Of a stretch of DNA of 64,000 nucleotides, positions 11,868 through 24,520 are shown piece by piece. The position numbers were made by a program, and so were the translations under genes. The stretch covers positions 107,384,001-107,448,000 of the forward strand of contig OZ024742.1 of assembly GCA_964016885.1 (NCBI GenBank). Direction: 5' to 3'. Each line of letters begins with the position of its first letter. Position 1 is the stretch's first letter. The notes beneath the pieces were generated by a model. The model ran no database searches. It was not told where the DNA came from and worked only from the letters and a program-made list of their open reading frames with translations. The DNA comes from Eledone cirrhosa (Eukaryota).

Positions 11868-13745
11868 GGTGGGGATTGGCAGAGTCATTAGAACATTGGG
11901 TAAATGCTCAGCTCAACAAATACTGCTGAACTCTGTTCTGGGGTTAAGTTTGCCTTTTATCCTTCTGGGGATCAATAAAATAAAGTACTGGGTTTGATTT
12001 GACTTTCTCCTTCCTTAAATTCTGGCATTGTGTCAATGTTAGAAAAATAATTACTAATCAACTCCAGATGCTTCCAACCAGCTTACATTAACTACAAACC
12101 ATGCTGTGCTGATCTTACAGGTATAATTTTTGTCGTTTGTTTGACTTAGAGGAAAAATGACACAAAATGAAGATGATGCTTGATATGTTGAAGTGGGGGG
12201 CAAATATTGTTACTAACAACTATTGTGTACATAATTGGAATAAAATTACAAATCTTATAAATTTGTCTGCTGCTACAGATAATTCTCCGTCTTTTTTTTC
12301 CTTTTTAATGATTTTTTAAAAACAAATTGCAATGATTATAGTTATTGATTTTAAACCCAAATAAAACCTATGATGGATGGAAATCTAGCAATAACTATTA
12401 CATCCTTTCCTTAGGAACTATATCCATATGTACATTACCCAATCTTGTACTGGTGAAAGGATTAATGTGGCTGCAATGAGAAAGATCCCTTTTTGGTACT
12501 TTCATATAACTGATTCAGAGAGAAAGAAAAATCAACTCTGACGGGATGAAAGACACAGGATTTGAACTTGACACAGAAGGATGGAACAAATATGGCTAAG
12601 GCATTCTGATGCTCTTCTGACTCTTCCAAATCATTGTCTATATTATCCAATGTCTTCCTTTTTCAAGAAAAATAATTTGGTAGCTTTTTCTAGCAGGTCA
12701 AATGACTTTGTAGAGGCTGTTGGGATTATTGCTTGATGGGTGTTCATAATGCTCCTTTCCTTGTTGCAATTATTGAATTGCAGGCATGCTGGTGCACTGC
12801 CTCCCAGGGCTTTAGTTCATCAGATTGACCATGTTACTTATTTCAGTAGTCTATTTACTTTGAGCAAACTACTAAATTACTAGATATAAAGAAATATGGC
12901 ACAAATAATGCCCTTTCTTGAGACCAGTATAAACATTAATCCACACGTGCCAGGCTTCTGCACAGTTTGTATCTATTAAATATACAAGAAAGTGAACACC
13001 TGAGGGTTATACCACACAGCCATAGTTAAGTCAATTAAGATTGATTTAACTAACCCATGCTAGCGTGGAAAAATAGGTGTCCAACGGTGGTGATGATAGT
13101 AGGTTGTATACATCAGAGTACTGTGGTAAAGGTTGATATATATCTGTTAGAATATCTTGCATTGATAAAATATCTAATTTACTGGTGAGAGTGAATATTC
13201 TATATGGACTGGGTGCATTTTATTTTGGCATCAATATTACCATTTTATTGTGGCATCAGTACTACCATTTTGCAGAGCTTACAAGAATATTTTCTTTACT
13301 GATGGTTCTTTTTCTTTCTTGAGCAAGTTGCATAATTCTTAAAGTTTAATACATAAATTATTTTATTGTACTGTCAATTTAAGGTCATTGGATTGACAGT
13401 TGTTAGAGTATCGGACTGCTTAACAGCATATGTTCTGGCTCTAACTTTCTGAGGTCAATTTGTCTTTCATATTTCTGAGATTTATATAATTGACATTCCT
13501 TTCACACATAGTCTCTCTCAATATACCTGTCTGTCTATTTAATTTGTTCATTTTATCACACATACATCATACCAGCAGAATATATTTATTTTCTGTTGCA
13601 CAAGCCAGCAATTTTATGTAGTCCTCTCAAGTTAAATCATGCAAAACTACAACTTGTCTGAGAGTTAAAGAGGTGAAATTATATTTGTGTGATCCTGTCT
13701 CATTCATATTCTTCCTTTGTTCCTTTCTTCCTATCACTTCTGCAG

Positions 13746-13761
13746 GCCAACACACTTGTAG
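13746..13761 (+). CDS. Candidate alternative terminal exon of CK2beta, (R)PTHL*
   Basis: Long polypyrimidine tract ttcttcctttgttcctttcttcctatcacttctgcAG (ends 13745). Phase 2 matches both the cryptic donor AAG|GTAGGC at 10549/10550 and the donor at 9118/9119. No transcript evidence. Confidence 0.35.
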
Positions 13762-15229
13762 CTACTGATTTCTGTCCTTTGAGGTAAAGTTTATCCGACA
13801 CTGTCATTGACAGCATTTTGCAGTTTTAACAGCTATTCTTGCATTGAGTTTTTTTCATTATTCTATGAATTCTAATACAACTGCACTTCAGCTCGAACTT
13901 CGAGAAAACTTTTATATATATATACAATCCATCCAAAACATGCCAGTGTGAAAAGTGCACTTAAAATGATGGTGGTCAGATTTTTTGCATTTAATATCTG
14001 CATGTTTAACTTGACAGTTCCATTTACATGCACCAAGCTGACTTTGAAATGTAAACTTGGGGGTTTGTTATATATTTTAATTTTTTTTGTGTGTACGGAT
14101 ATGGTCAGTTTAAATGCTAAAGGGTTAATAAAAATGTTTTTATAAAACTTTGTTTATATACTAATATATATATATATATTCTGTATTACATATATCAGAT
14201 CCTACTGGATGAGAAATTTGAGTCCATTAACTGTTTTCTTTCACTCTACCACAAATCTCACAATGCAAGACATTAACATTTTAAGAAGGTTATTTCTCAC
14301 AAGCAATTTTATGTTTGTCTGACTAGGTAAAAAAACATCTATTTCAGATGTTTTAAAAATTATGTGAGAATATAGATTTTCCTATTTAACACATCATAAC
14401 AACAATATATGAAAAGTATATTGTGGGTGGGGGAAGGACATTGCAGAAACATTTAAAATATAAGAATAATAAACAGCTCTCAGGCAAGCAATATTCTAAT
14501 ATTTTCAATGAATTGTTGGTTCAATAATGAAGCTACATTAGAAACAGGTAATTTACAAAACAGGTCATCCTAACAGCTGTTGAATACCTCTTCATTCGCG
14601 TGCATCCCACGCACTACCACATTGTGTTCTGTAGTGAGAGAGAGAGTGTGTGTTTGTATGTATGTGAGTTTGTATGAAATGTGTGTGTAATGACAGCTGG
14701 TTGAACTGAGCAACTTTCAATTTTGTTTTAAGATCAGATTCCTTAGATAAGCGATTTTTCAACTTTTACTGGTTTTCTGGACAAGATGAAAAACGGATTT
14801 TCATGTTTCAGGTAGAGTCCCTCATCATCAAAAAGGCCATAAAATGTTGAAGCTAACACATCTCAGGAATTCTTTTTTATGTGTTATGTGCAAGTATATC
14901 AACCAAAATTAGCCTTAGTTAAACTATATGTAAAATAACAATAAAGTGTGGTTTGTTAAATTGTTATTTATTGGATGACAAACATTGAGAAACAGCAATC
15001 TAGTCCTGAAGTTCAGGTCCTGTTACTTGTCTAACTGGAAGTCCATTTTCTGCTGACCAGTTCAATAACAAGTCTGCAGTAAAGGAATATCAGCAGTTCA
15101 TCTTTTACAAGCTCATGAGCAATGCTCTAGATAACTCCCTCTCAGAACTGTTGATTGTTATTCGAACCGAGAAGGTGTCTTTACCACCCAACTCATACGT
15201 ATGGTTAATTGGTTAATTGGTGACTATTC

Positions 15230-15807
15230 GTCATCAGGGGTCGTTGTGATTTGCCTAGGACAGCCTCAGTTTGGTGGTTAAGCTTCCTGAATGGGACTGC
15301 CAATGTTAAGATAGGTTAGTTTCAATCTATTGATGGAAACTGTGTCCTATCATCCTTCAGTCAGGAGTTGAAATGACTTATCTCCTGAATGAATCACTTT
15401 GTATGGTCCATCATAGGGTGACTGAAGGGGTTTTTGTTGTGCATCACGACAAATAAAAACAAATATTGCTTTGTAAAGGTCATTTGGACAGAGCACCTAA
15501 GTGTAGTGTGCATTGACATGAGAATCAGGTATAACTGGCCCATGTCTCTCAGTTGTTCAAGATACTTTTTAGCATCCAGGTCTAACTTCATGTTTGGAAT
15601 GAATTCCCTCAGTAAGCAGAGCACTGTACACCATTTCCACTGATAAAGTGTTAAGGATTTCCTGTGGGGCATGCAGATTCCCAACATCATCCACAGAAGC
15701 TGGTTGCTTCAGTTAGGACCATTAAGTCTAGTGATGGGGTTTCGTTCAAGCAGCGGTGAAATCTCTCCTCTAAGCCATTGGTCTGAGGGTGACTGGCTCT
15801 TGTGTGT

Positions 15808-15840
<33 letters not shown>

Positions 15841-17330
15841 TTCGTTTAACGTCCATCTTCCACACTAGCATGGGTTGCCAAAAAGCTCACACATGTCATT
15901 CCACAGCTTTGAGGTCCACGGTCAGATGAGATGCTGCCTGGGACACCGAAACAGGTGACTCAGTTTGTAATGAAGGCGCAGGTGATTTTCTGCGTTTCTG
16001 TGCTGCAGAGAAGTATGGTCTTAGGCCAACAAGTGAAACGGTCTCCCATGGTCAGTAGGTATGATCAACCCAGCAAAGTTGGTATGGGGCCAATGAGGTC
16101 AATATTGACTTGGCCAATGTAGGCCTATGGAGGTTTATAGCTGCTGAGAGGTGCTTTTACATGCCGATGGACTTTGACTCATTGTCAAGGCATACAGGTT
16201 TTGGCCCACTCCTCAATTTGCTTGACCATATCATACCAGACAAATTTGCATAACATCAGGTACCATGTGACTCTGGTACTCAGGTGGGTGAGTCTGTGAA
16301 GGATGTTAAAAACTTTTCAATGCCAGGCTAATGGAACGATTGGTCATGGTTTCCCAGTGGATACGTTCTTCTATTTGGAGCTAAAATGTATATCCTGCAA
16401 GGAAAGATAAGTGACAGTGGGGTGGTAGGCTCTGATATTCTCCATTTGTTAAGCTGCAGCCATAGTCTCATAGTCAAGACCTTCAGTTATTGAGGATATT
16501 TAGGCATCAGAGTCAATAGAGGCTAGAGAGTGCATCTACAACTACGTTGCTTTTTCCAGAGATCTGCTGAATGTCAGTAGTGTATACAGAAATGGCTGAT
16601 AACTGTTACTGTTGATGTGCAGACTGACTCTGATAGCTTGTTCATAGTAAAGATGAGTGGTTTGGGGTATGTGGTCTGTGAACATCATGAAAGGTCAACC
16701 TTCCAGAAGCTAGTGAAAGTGTTGGACACCTAAATGAGCAGCTGGCAGTTCTCTGTTGAAAGCATTATATTTCTGTTCAGGTGCTCATAGTTGTCGACTG
16801 AAGAAAGCTAGAGGTCATCACTGACCATTGTATTTTTCCAAAACACCTCCAACGGCTGTATCAGAAGCATCCACTGTGAGTGTGGATGATGCTGACATAC
16901 GAGGTTGAGAAAATATGGTTGCTTAGCAAGAGCTTCTTTGGTTGGAATGTGATATTTTACTCTGTGGCGAGTTGTGGGTTTGGAAAATAAACCTCAGGAA
17001 TTTCTGTGAGCCTTTGTGAAGGGAGAGAATGCAGTGTCTGTAAACTTTGCTTGGAGAACCATTGCAGCTGCCAAAAGTTGACCTTGGTTTCCACAATGGC
17101 AGTCCTTTGCAGATGCCGGGATGATGCTGACTTCTGCACCTGTCAATTAGGAATCTTTGCTGGAGATCTAATCATGGACATACAGGAGCAGTTGATCATG
17201 ATTACTAGCTACCAGGGTGTTTAACGGTGGCTAGCCTTGGAGTTTCCCAGAACTGATGATGAAAAGCTCTTGAAGTTGATCATAACAAACAGAAACAAAA
17301 AATTGTTTGTATGCTGATTTTGCTAACTCC
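15230..17330 (-). mobile_element. Decayed Ty3/Gypsy LTR retrotransposon (RNase H, integrase, possible gag remnant)
   Basis: Minus-strand motifs: LTVDASDTAVGGVLE (~16850-16880), YNAFNRELPAAHL, VNIDLIGPIP (~16090-16110), YLLTMGDRFTCWP, HPQTNGLEERFHR (~15750-15790), PLQSPYDGP and DTVSINRLK. Many stops and frameshifts; interrupted by a (TCA)n RTE tail at ~15810-15880. No RT domain seen. Confidence 0.88.
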
Positions 17331-17658
17331 CATAAGTCCTTGATCTCAGTCGGAAGCTAGATTTGAGGGAGGTGGGTACAGAGGAATATTTCCCTAAATA
17401 AAAAAAAAACAGGTGACAGGTGACTCACAAGGGGGCACTGATACCATTAATTCCAAAGGCTTGGAATCGCCTAATCCATTGGAATGCAATAATCTGGCCA
17501 CCGCTTCCCAATCACTCAAATATTGGAACCAAAATGTATATCCTGCAATAAAAAGTTTGCATTCGAATCACAAGGTCCTAAGTTATAAATGCTACATTTG
17601 TCCCTCTAAATAGTTCCCTGAAGTTACTCATATGTGTCATGTATAAGCAATAGCAATA

Positions 17659-18082
17659 GCACTGACATAGCGTGATTCATAATAGGGTTGCATATGAAAG
17701 CATATGCAATATGTTTATGTATAATAAACATCTTTTTAGCATCACTATGAGATTTTTTAATAAGCCATGATCATGTCACACCTATCTCAGCAACAAATTG
17801 ATTATTATCCACCTTCAGAGGAACTTATCCTTTGCTGTTGAGATGAAAATAAGCTGAAAGCTTAGATTTTTGCTTATGAACATCAGCTGATGATGCTCAT
17901 TTATATACAGCACAAATGCTGGCCAGCTCAGATTAATAAGCATTGACAGTAATAGCGTGATTTGTAATAGGATTTATATGGAAGCATATACGATATGTTT
18001 ATGTATAATAAACATCCTTTTAGCCTTGTTATGAGATTTTTTTAATAAGCTGTGATCATATCACAGCTAACTCAGTAATAAA
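17659..18082 (+). repeat. Diverged ~140-bp direct repeat (period ~280 bp)
   Basis: agca(c/t)tgaca...atatgtttatgtataataaacatc...gatcat.tcaca at ~17659-17797 and ~17939-18082. Confidence 0.75.
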
Positions 18083-18499
18083 GGGAGAGAACCTGACATA
18101 TACGCTAAACATTTATGTAATTATATCCGAGAAATAAATCATTAAAATATCATTCTATCTTTAATCACTTCTCTGTGCTTGCAATTAACATAAACTATAG
18201 GGTTTCTCTTATTCAAATTATTAATGTATCAAACCTCAAATTCCCCAGTTTGTATGATTTTTCATATATCTGGTATTCTTATTACATAGAATTATTTCAT
18301 CTGTGCTTTCTCCAAACTGCTGAAGGACTTTTGCTTATCCAACAACTCAGATTGGCCCAAACTGTTCTTATCCCCTCGCATTTCCCTCCATGTACCTAAT
18401 GTGAAAACTGGTTCCCTCACATTTTCTCTAAAATGATATTTTGAGTTGTTTGAGTTCACCCCAACTACTGTTTATCTCAGGCTGGAGATCAACACAGTT

Positions 18500-20125
18500 C
18501 TTAACAATGGATCATCATCAAACCTAAAGAAAGCTCTCAATGTTAAATTCAAAGACTTTGATATTTAAGGAGCTGTTCATTTTTTCTCTTCTCTGTCCTT
18601 CCTCACCCAGTGTAATACAGATTCTTTCCAGCGATTGACTGAGAAACATCCTTTGGCCCCTCTGGATGACCCACCAGGTTATTTACAACCAGTTTTCACC
18701 TCACATAACATCAGGAAGGCAATTGCACCCTTTTAGGTGGATTCTGGTGCAAATGATTGGTTTCTCCGTTGGGTGGAGATGCCGGCCTAGAGCTCTTGGA
18801 GAATCTGACCCAGTTTGTCAACATATTCTCGTCCAAGAGTGTCTCCCTTTGTTCTTTAGGGCTAAACTGTTTGACTTAGCAAAACCCAACAGCATTCTTC
18901 ACCCCATTGCGTTTGGGTGTGCTCTGCGATGGCTCAGAGCAAAAGTGTGTTTGTCATCAGCCTCAGACTACCTGTCAAGAGCTTTTATCAATTTGCCTCC
19001 TGAGGTCCCCCAATATTTTCCTCAAACTTGATCTCAAGAATGCCTTCAACTCCATCAAAAATGATGTCATCCTTCTCTCAGTAAAAAAGAAGGCTCCACA
19101 GCTCTACTTCTTTGCTTGGCAGGCTTATCAGGAGCCCCCTACCTCTCCTCTGGTGACAGATTCATCATATTTACCCAAGGAGTCCAACAAGATGACACGC
19201 TTGAACTTGCTCTGTTTGCACAAGGCATTGATGATGTTACTAAGGTAGAGGCTGACCTAGATTTGAATGTCTGGTAACTTGATGATGCTTGCTTGGGTGG
19301 TCCTACAACCTGTTGATGTGAAGCTTGATGGTTGATGAGCCATTTGGAGCTGTTGATAAGGAGCCCTCTATGACCAAGTTCTCAGAATCCTTCCCCTCTA
19401 TCGTAGTCTCTCCTTAATCGACAGTGTCCTCCCTATAGGCCTCAATTACTGATCTAGCTTTTGAACCCATCTTTCTATCCAAGATGGCTAACCTTAAGCA
19501 ACACTGAAATACATTGAAGTAATCGAGCCCCATCAAGGTTTTTTATACTTAGGAATGACCTATTGATTCTTGAGTTATTGTTTATGCTCAGAATCAGTCC
19601 CTCCTATAGATTCTCATCATTTCTCCAACACTTTTATGACCTAATCTTTGGTAAACTCGAATGCTTAGTGAATGTTAGACTCTTTCCAAGGCCTTGTAGC
19701 CAGGTAAATGTTCGTCTCTGTCTCTTCCCTGTTTTCTTTCTTCCATTCATGCTTGATTCCCTTTGGTGGGTAATATCCTCTCCTCTTCAACATGGACTAG
19801 TTCCAAGAGGGAGATGGATGAAGCTCTACTACAGTGGAGGGAGCTATGTTTGTCAGTTCTTAATACAGAGGAGGATTGACTGAAGCAGGAAGTTTGGGAC
19901 GATTTATGTTCGAGAGACACTTTCAACTCTCTCTTTGATTAATCTGATCAATTCTCAAGGTGCTGTCTATTTTTCATGAGTGCAAAATTCTCTGAGGACT
20001 GGGTTGATGTCCTGCCAACATTGGTGGCCTACTCCGCATCTCTACTGCATTCAAAGTAGGAGCTGATATCTGTGGTAGGTCCTTTGATTCCACAGGTCTT
20101 TATGGTTTGTCTTGCAAGACAAACT
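18500..20125 (+). mobile_element. Decayed CRE-like non-LTR retrotransposon, RT region
   Basis: LAKPNSILHPIAFGCALRWL (like KxxGGxRPIAVG), LKLDLKNAFNSI, GVQQDD (like GVQQGDPL), W*LDDA (like WYLDD), and a late GL.GLSC zinc-knuckle remnant. Multiple frameshifts. Confidence 0.8.
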
Positions 20126-22049
20126 ATGGAGATATGTGGAATCAAGGAGCCTACTACAGCAACATTTCAGTCCCCAACAGACATCGGCAATAGAGATTCA
20201 GAGTTTATCCAGACTGAGTAGCCCCCAACACTATTGCCTTCATTATTGGCACTGGTCCACTAGTTTCATTAAAAAAATATTACAAATTTTAAAATGATGA
20301 AAAGAACACGAAAAAATAAAAAAAATGAAATAAGAAAACTAAACAAAGTATCAGTGAAGTAGCGAACTCAATTATAATTGACTGCTCAGCCACAATATGC
20401 GTGCCTTTATTTCGTAATATAACACAGTAAAAGGACAAATAACACAATAAAAATGATCGATTCAATTATTTAATTAAAGTTATCTACTATTATAGTTATC
20501 TGCAATGTGGCGAATATATTTTCAAATTTCTCAAGGCTCCATAAGTTAACCAATCTTCATTATACTTCTAGCTACACATTTAAATCTTCAAAATAGGCGG
20601 TAACTGCTGGTCAGGGATCCTTTGGTGTAAGTGTTAAACGCCCTTCCCCACTGACATCCCTGTCCATTTTTTCCCCATTTCCAATAGTACTTTACATTAT
20701 ATATTCAATTATAGTTAACAACTATGATTACAGTTATTTGCATTGTGGCAGATATATTTTAAAATAAAAATGAGTTTTAAAAGAGGCATGCATATCTTCT
20801 CAGTTACCCAAACAACAAAGAATACTGGTGTTTCCTCATAAACATTTTTGAGCCAACCCCAAACACTCACACCATTACCACTGATCAATGCTGGCTTTAG
20901 GAGGTTCAGGGCCCAATTGGGTGTTACTAGAAAGTACATAATACAAGGGCTGCAGCATGACGTCCTTTCGCTCCTATACCAGTAATTCTATCAGGATGGC
21001 TGTTTGACTGAGTGTGCTAAGGTATAGTTTTGAAGGGTGTGTTTTTTTTCCTCTGATTATTTTCTGAATGCAAATCTTTAATCTTTTGATAAAGACCTAA
21101 TAAGGAACTATAAAAAATCCTAAATTTAAATGATCAACACTACAAGAAATATTTTAAAAAGACCTTATCAAAGAACATCTTTTCTCTGGAAACATTCATT
21201 CCAGAGTTACGACTGACAGCAACATTATTCATCCACTTTCTAATCTCTGTGAGAACAGAAACATTTTTAGGATAGCGATTCTTGTGATTTCTAAAATTCC
21301 CTTTTTGAAAGTGTTCGTAGTTAAGAAAGCTGTGCGATCTTTCTTTCTGTTCAGTCTGATATAAACGACATATATATGTATGTACAGATAATTGTTTCTA
21401 CTTTTGGCACAAGGCCGGCAATTACCCAGGTGCTTTATTTCATCGACGGGATTTGAATTCAGATAGTAAAGGGCCGTAACTCTACCAATACTGCCAATCC
21501 ATCATGAATGAATATACAGATATGTAGGTAGATAGACAGTGAGGTAGGCAGGTAGATAAGTAAATAGATAATGTAGGTAGACAGATATGTGCAAACAATA
21601 CATTTATGGAGATGCTCATATAGTGCGGGTATCACTTGCAAAATCCTATATAGCCTTAAGGAGAGGGGGTTGGAATAAACTGGGGGCGTGGGGGGAAAAT
21701 CGATAATTTTTAAAGATTGTCTCCGTTGATTTAAAAAAAAAAACAGAATTAATCGTTTAGTTTATATTATTATATTTCTTTTTATACAACAGTGAATAAA
21801 AGTTACTATTTATATATAAGCAGAAATATTGAGACCCCAACCCATCCTATTTATTTTAATACATATGGGATTTCTAGTGTATTTTTTTTGTCATGTATGT
21901 TTTTTAATGTCTAAAGAAAATTAATTGTCGCAGGAATGCTACCACTTAAAATCAAATTTCACCGGAGATAGATAAGCAAAATTTAATAAGCAGGGTGGGG
22001 GATCAATATTCGAGACCCGAAAGTATTTTGTTTCAGTATCGAGTGATTA

Positions 22050-22098
22050 AACGTCACTGAAGATGGATTAAAATCACGAAACAATTGTGTTTGGCGTT
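22050..22098 (+). ncRNA. Minimal type I hammerhead ribozyme motif (Penelope-like)
   Basis: Stem I AACGUCA/UGGCGUU; core CUGAAGA (22057-63); stem II (U)GGAUU-AA-AAUC(A)C; GAAA (22078-81); stem III ACA-AUUG-UGU; cleavage triplet GUU (22089-91). Confidence 0.55.
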
Positions 22099-22213
22099 CT
22101 AACACGGCTACCGTGGTATTTGTGATCTGTTCAGTAAAATTTACTACTTTGTATTCTACATTGAAACATAACATACTGTATTTTATACTTGCATCTCGTT
22201 ATTATTGTTGCAC

Positions 22214-22405
22214 AGGGCGGTGGATTGGCAGTATCGGTAGAGAGTCGGACACCATGCTTTCCAGCATAGTTACGTCCCTTTACAGTGTGAGTTCAAATCC
22301 CGCCGAGGTTTACTTTGCCTTTCATCCTTACGGGGTCGATAAAATAAAGTACCAGTAATACACTGAGTGTATTACTGGCCTTGTGCCTAAAGTAGAAACA
22401 ATTAT
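22214..22405 (+). mobile_element. tRNA-derived SINE
   Basis: A-box-like tggcagtatcggtagag, B-box gagttcaaatccc, central tttgcctttcatccttacggggtcgataaaataaagtaccag, tail ggccttgtgcctaaagtagaaacaattatt. Related copies at ~11870, 30160, 39530, 53080, 53415 (+) and 21391, 23661, 23846, 57742, 57941 (-). Confidence 0.85.
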
Positions 22406-22839
22406 TGCTGCACATGATTTCGAAGTAAATCACGTTATAGATAAAAACATTAAAATTAGTGGAGTCTTGTTCATTTGTTAATTCTCATCCAAGTGATTTG
22501 GAAAACCCCCTTTTTCTAACAGTAATATCACTTCACATCAGAACAAGCGAGTACAACTACTTGTTTACTTGAACATGGCAAAACTTTCGACTCACGCAGA
22601 CACACTACTTATTCACTTACAATTTCTTGATCAACAAGCTACTCACACATTCAACAACTTTGACAACATCATTTTCGCACTACAAATGAACAAATCCGTT
22701 TGGCAACTACCCTATTGCCAAACTAATATATATTCAATACCCTCGCTAAATATATATATATATATATATAATTTATATATATATGTATAGATAATTATAT
22801 ATGTATGTCATATTATAAAAACAAATCCCAAAATGCAAT

Positions 22840-23620
22840 TACAGAACTGGCCGACAGGACCGGCGAAGGCCTCTCTGTCCCCCAGTATACAAAGGTTATC
22901 AAGTGCATGTCTTCTGGCGGAACGAGTCTGGCTTGGACCAACAACGCTTCTACTGCTTCCGATCCACTTCGCTGCCAAACAGCGGTGCGTGGCTCAATTA
23001 GGTGCCCTCCTCATCAACCGGTACTCTTCTTGATGACGAGTACACTGGCATTGGAGTCCCCACCCCCGTTTGTGGACCTCACAAATTTCTAAAGAGGTAA
23101 ATCCTTCATCTGGGACGCCACATGGTGTGACCCGTTCTGCGCCTCCAACTTAGTCGCGTTGGCCACAAACCCCGGTACTGCGGCCCGCAATGCACAGGAT
23201 AGGAAGAAAACAAATACCGGGACTTGTCCGGCCGCTTCTCCTTTGCATCTGTCGCCGTCGAGATCTCAGGCGTCCCCGTACAGCCGACCTTCTCCGCAAA
23301 ATCGGAACGTTAGCAATCCGCCTGAGAAAGGAGCCACGCCAGGTGAGGGTGGCTGTTGCAGCGGGTGTCTCTGGCCATTGTCCGCGGAAATGCCTTTGCA
23401 ATTTTGTCCACGGGGCGCAGCCAAAACACCGCTCCGTCCTAGGCTTAGAGCCTGCCACCCTCTCCCCTCTTTTCCTTCCATGGCCTAATAGCCCTTACTC
23501 TTTCCCTCTTTTTCCTATCATTCATGGCATTTATAGTCCTTTCTTTTCCTTACCACGCAGCCAGATCTGTCCTTCTTTACCCCTTCACCCCATTTCTTTT
23601 CATTATTACTTTAAAAAAAA
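22840..23620 (+). mobile_element. CRE-like retrotransposon 3' fragment (restriction-like endonuclease region) with 3' UTR
   Basis: PNSGAWLN*VPSSSTGTLLDDE, then SFIWDATWCDPF and WLLQRVSLAIVRGNAFAI. GC-rich; followed by a pyrimidine-rich UTR and an A-run. The zinc-knuckle/RPD segment appears deleted. Confidence 0.78.
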
Positions 23621-23660
23621 ATAAAGTCGTCTTTTATTCACAGTTGGATAAAAATATAAT

Positions 23661-24016
23661 AATTGTTTCTACTTTTGGCACAAGGCCAGCAATTATCCTA
23701 GTACATTACTGGTACTTTATTTTATCGACCCCGTAAGGATGAAAGGCAAAGTTGACCACGGCGGGATTTGAACTCAGAATGGAAAGGGCCGTAACTCTAT
23801 GCGTCAAAGCATGACGTCCGACCCTCTACTGATATTGCATATAATAATTGTTTCTACTTTTGGCACAAGGCCAGCAATTATCCTAGTACATTACTGGTAC
23901 TTTATTTTATCGACCCCGTAAGGATGAAAGGCAAAGTTAACCTCGGCGGGAATTGAACTCAGATCGTAAAGGGACGTAACTGTGCTGGAAAGCATGTCCG
24001 ACCCTCTACCGATAGT
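23661..24016 (-). mobile_element. Tandem dimer of tRNA-derived SINE
   Basis: Two head-to-tail copies starting aattgtttctacttttggcacaaggccagc at 23661 and 23846. Confidence 0.88.
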
Positions 24017-24149
24017 AATATAATGCTTACAGAACGAAAACACAAACACATATAATATATACAAATATAAACACAAAGTTTTGTTTTTATCTTTTTTTTC
24101 TCCATATTTCCATCATTGTATAACTTCTGTTTGCAAACTAATTTATTTA

Positions 24150-24370
24150 GAATATCTTAATACAGAAAGAACGGAAAAAAGCGAAGATACGTCGTTAGTT
24201 GGATAGATTGTTGTCATATTTACAAAAATGATACGCGATGGGGCCCACCCACAGCCCCGGCGGACAGATGGAGAAGGCGTTTCCCCGGAGGACGGCAAGG
24301 GAGACGCGCTGGAAAAGCCACTCCAACTCGCGGGGCTCACACCTGCGGCTGGCTAGCTCAGCGCCTATGG
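24150..24370 (-). mobile_element. CRE-like retrotransposon C-terminal fragment
   Basis: Minus strand reads IGAELASRRCEPRELEWLFQRVSLAVLRGNAFSI, the FQRxSxAxxRGNA terminus also seen at ~23350-23400 and ~28345-28390. Confidence 0.75.
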
Positions 24371-24469
24371 TGGTGAGTAAGGAGGTTATAGTTGACGTAA
24401 TATGTTTATGTATAACACGTTTATTAAAATAAGATATACTAAAAAAGAAATAAGCATCAAGAGTTAAGT

Positions 24470-24520
24470 TTTCTTTAACGGAAGTAATGTCATATCATGC
24501 CATGCGCAGATGCTTATGTG
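24470..24520 (+). promoter_or_regulatory. Possible housekeeping promoter motifs upstream of NudE
   Basis: ETS-like CGGAAGT (24479) and NRF1-like CATGCGCA (~24501), about 570 bp before the ATG. Motif matches only. Confidence 0.3.

Noticed and set aside
17433-17446. Primer-binding site (TGGTATCAG on the minus strand) for the Gypsy relic
   Set aside because: The match is short, and no adjacent LTR end or paired LTR could be identified.
23150-23624. Overlapping GC-rich ORFs as a host gene
   Set aside because: They are alternative frames of a frameshifted CRE-like retrotransposon fragment.
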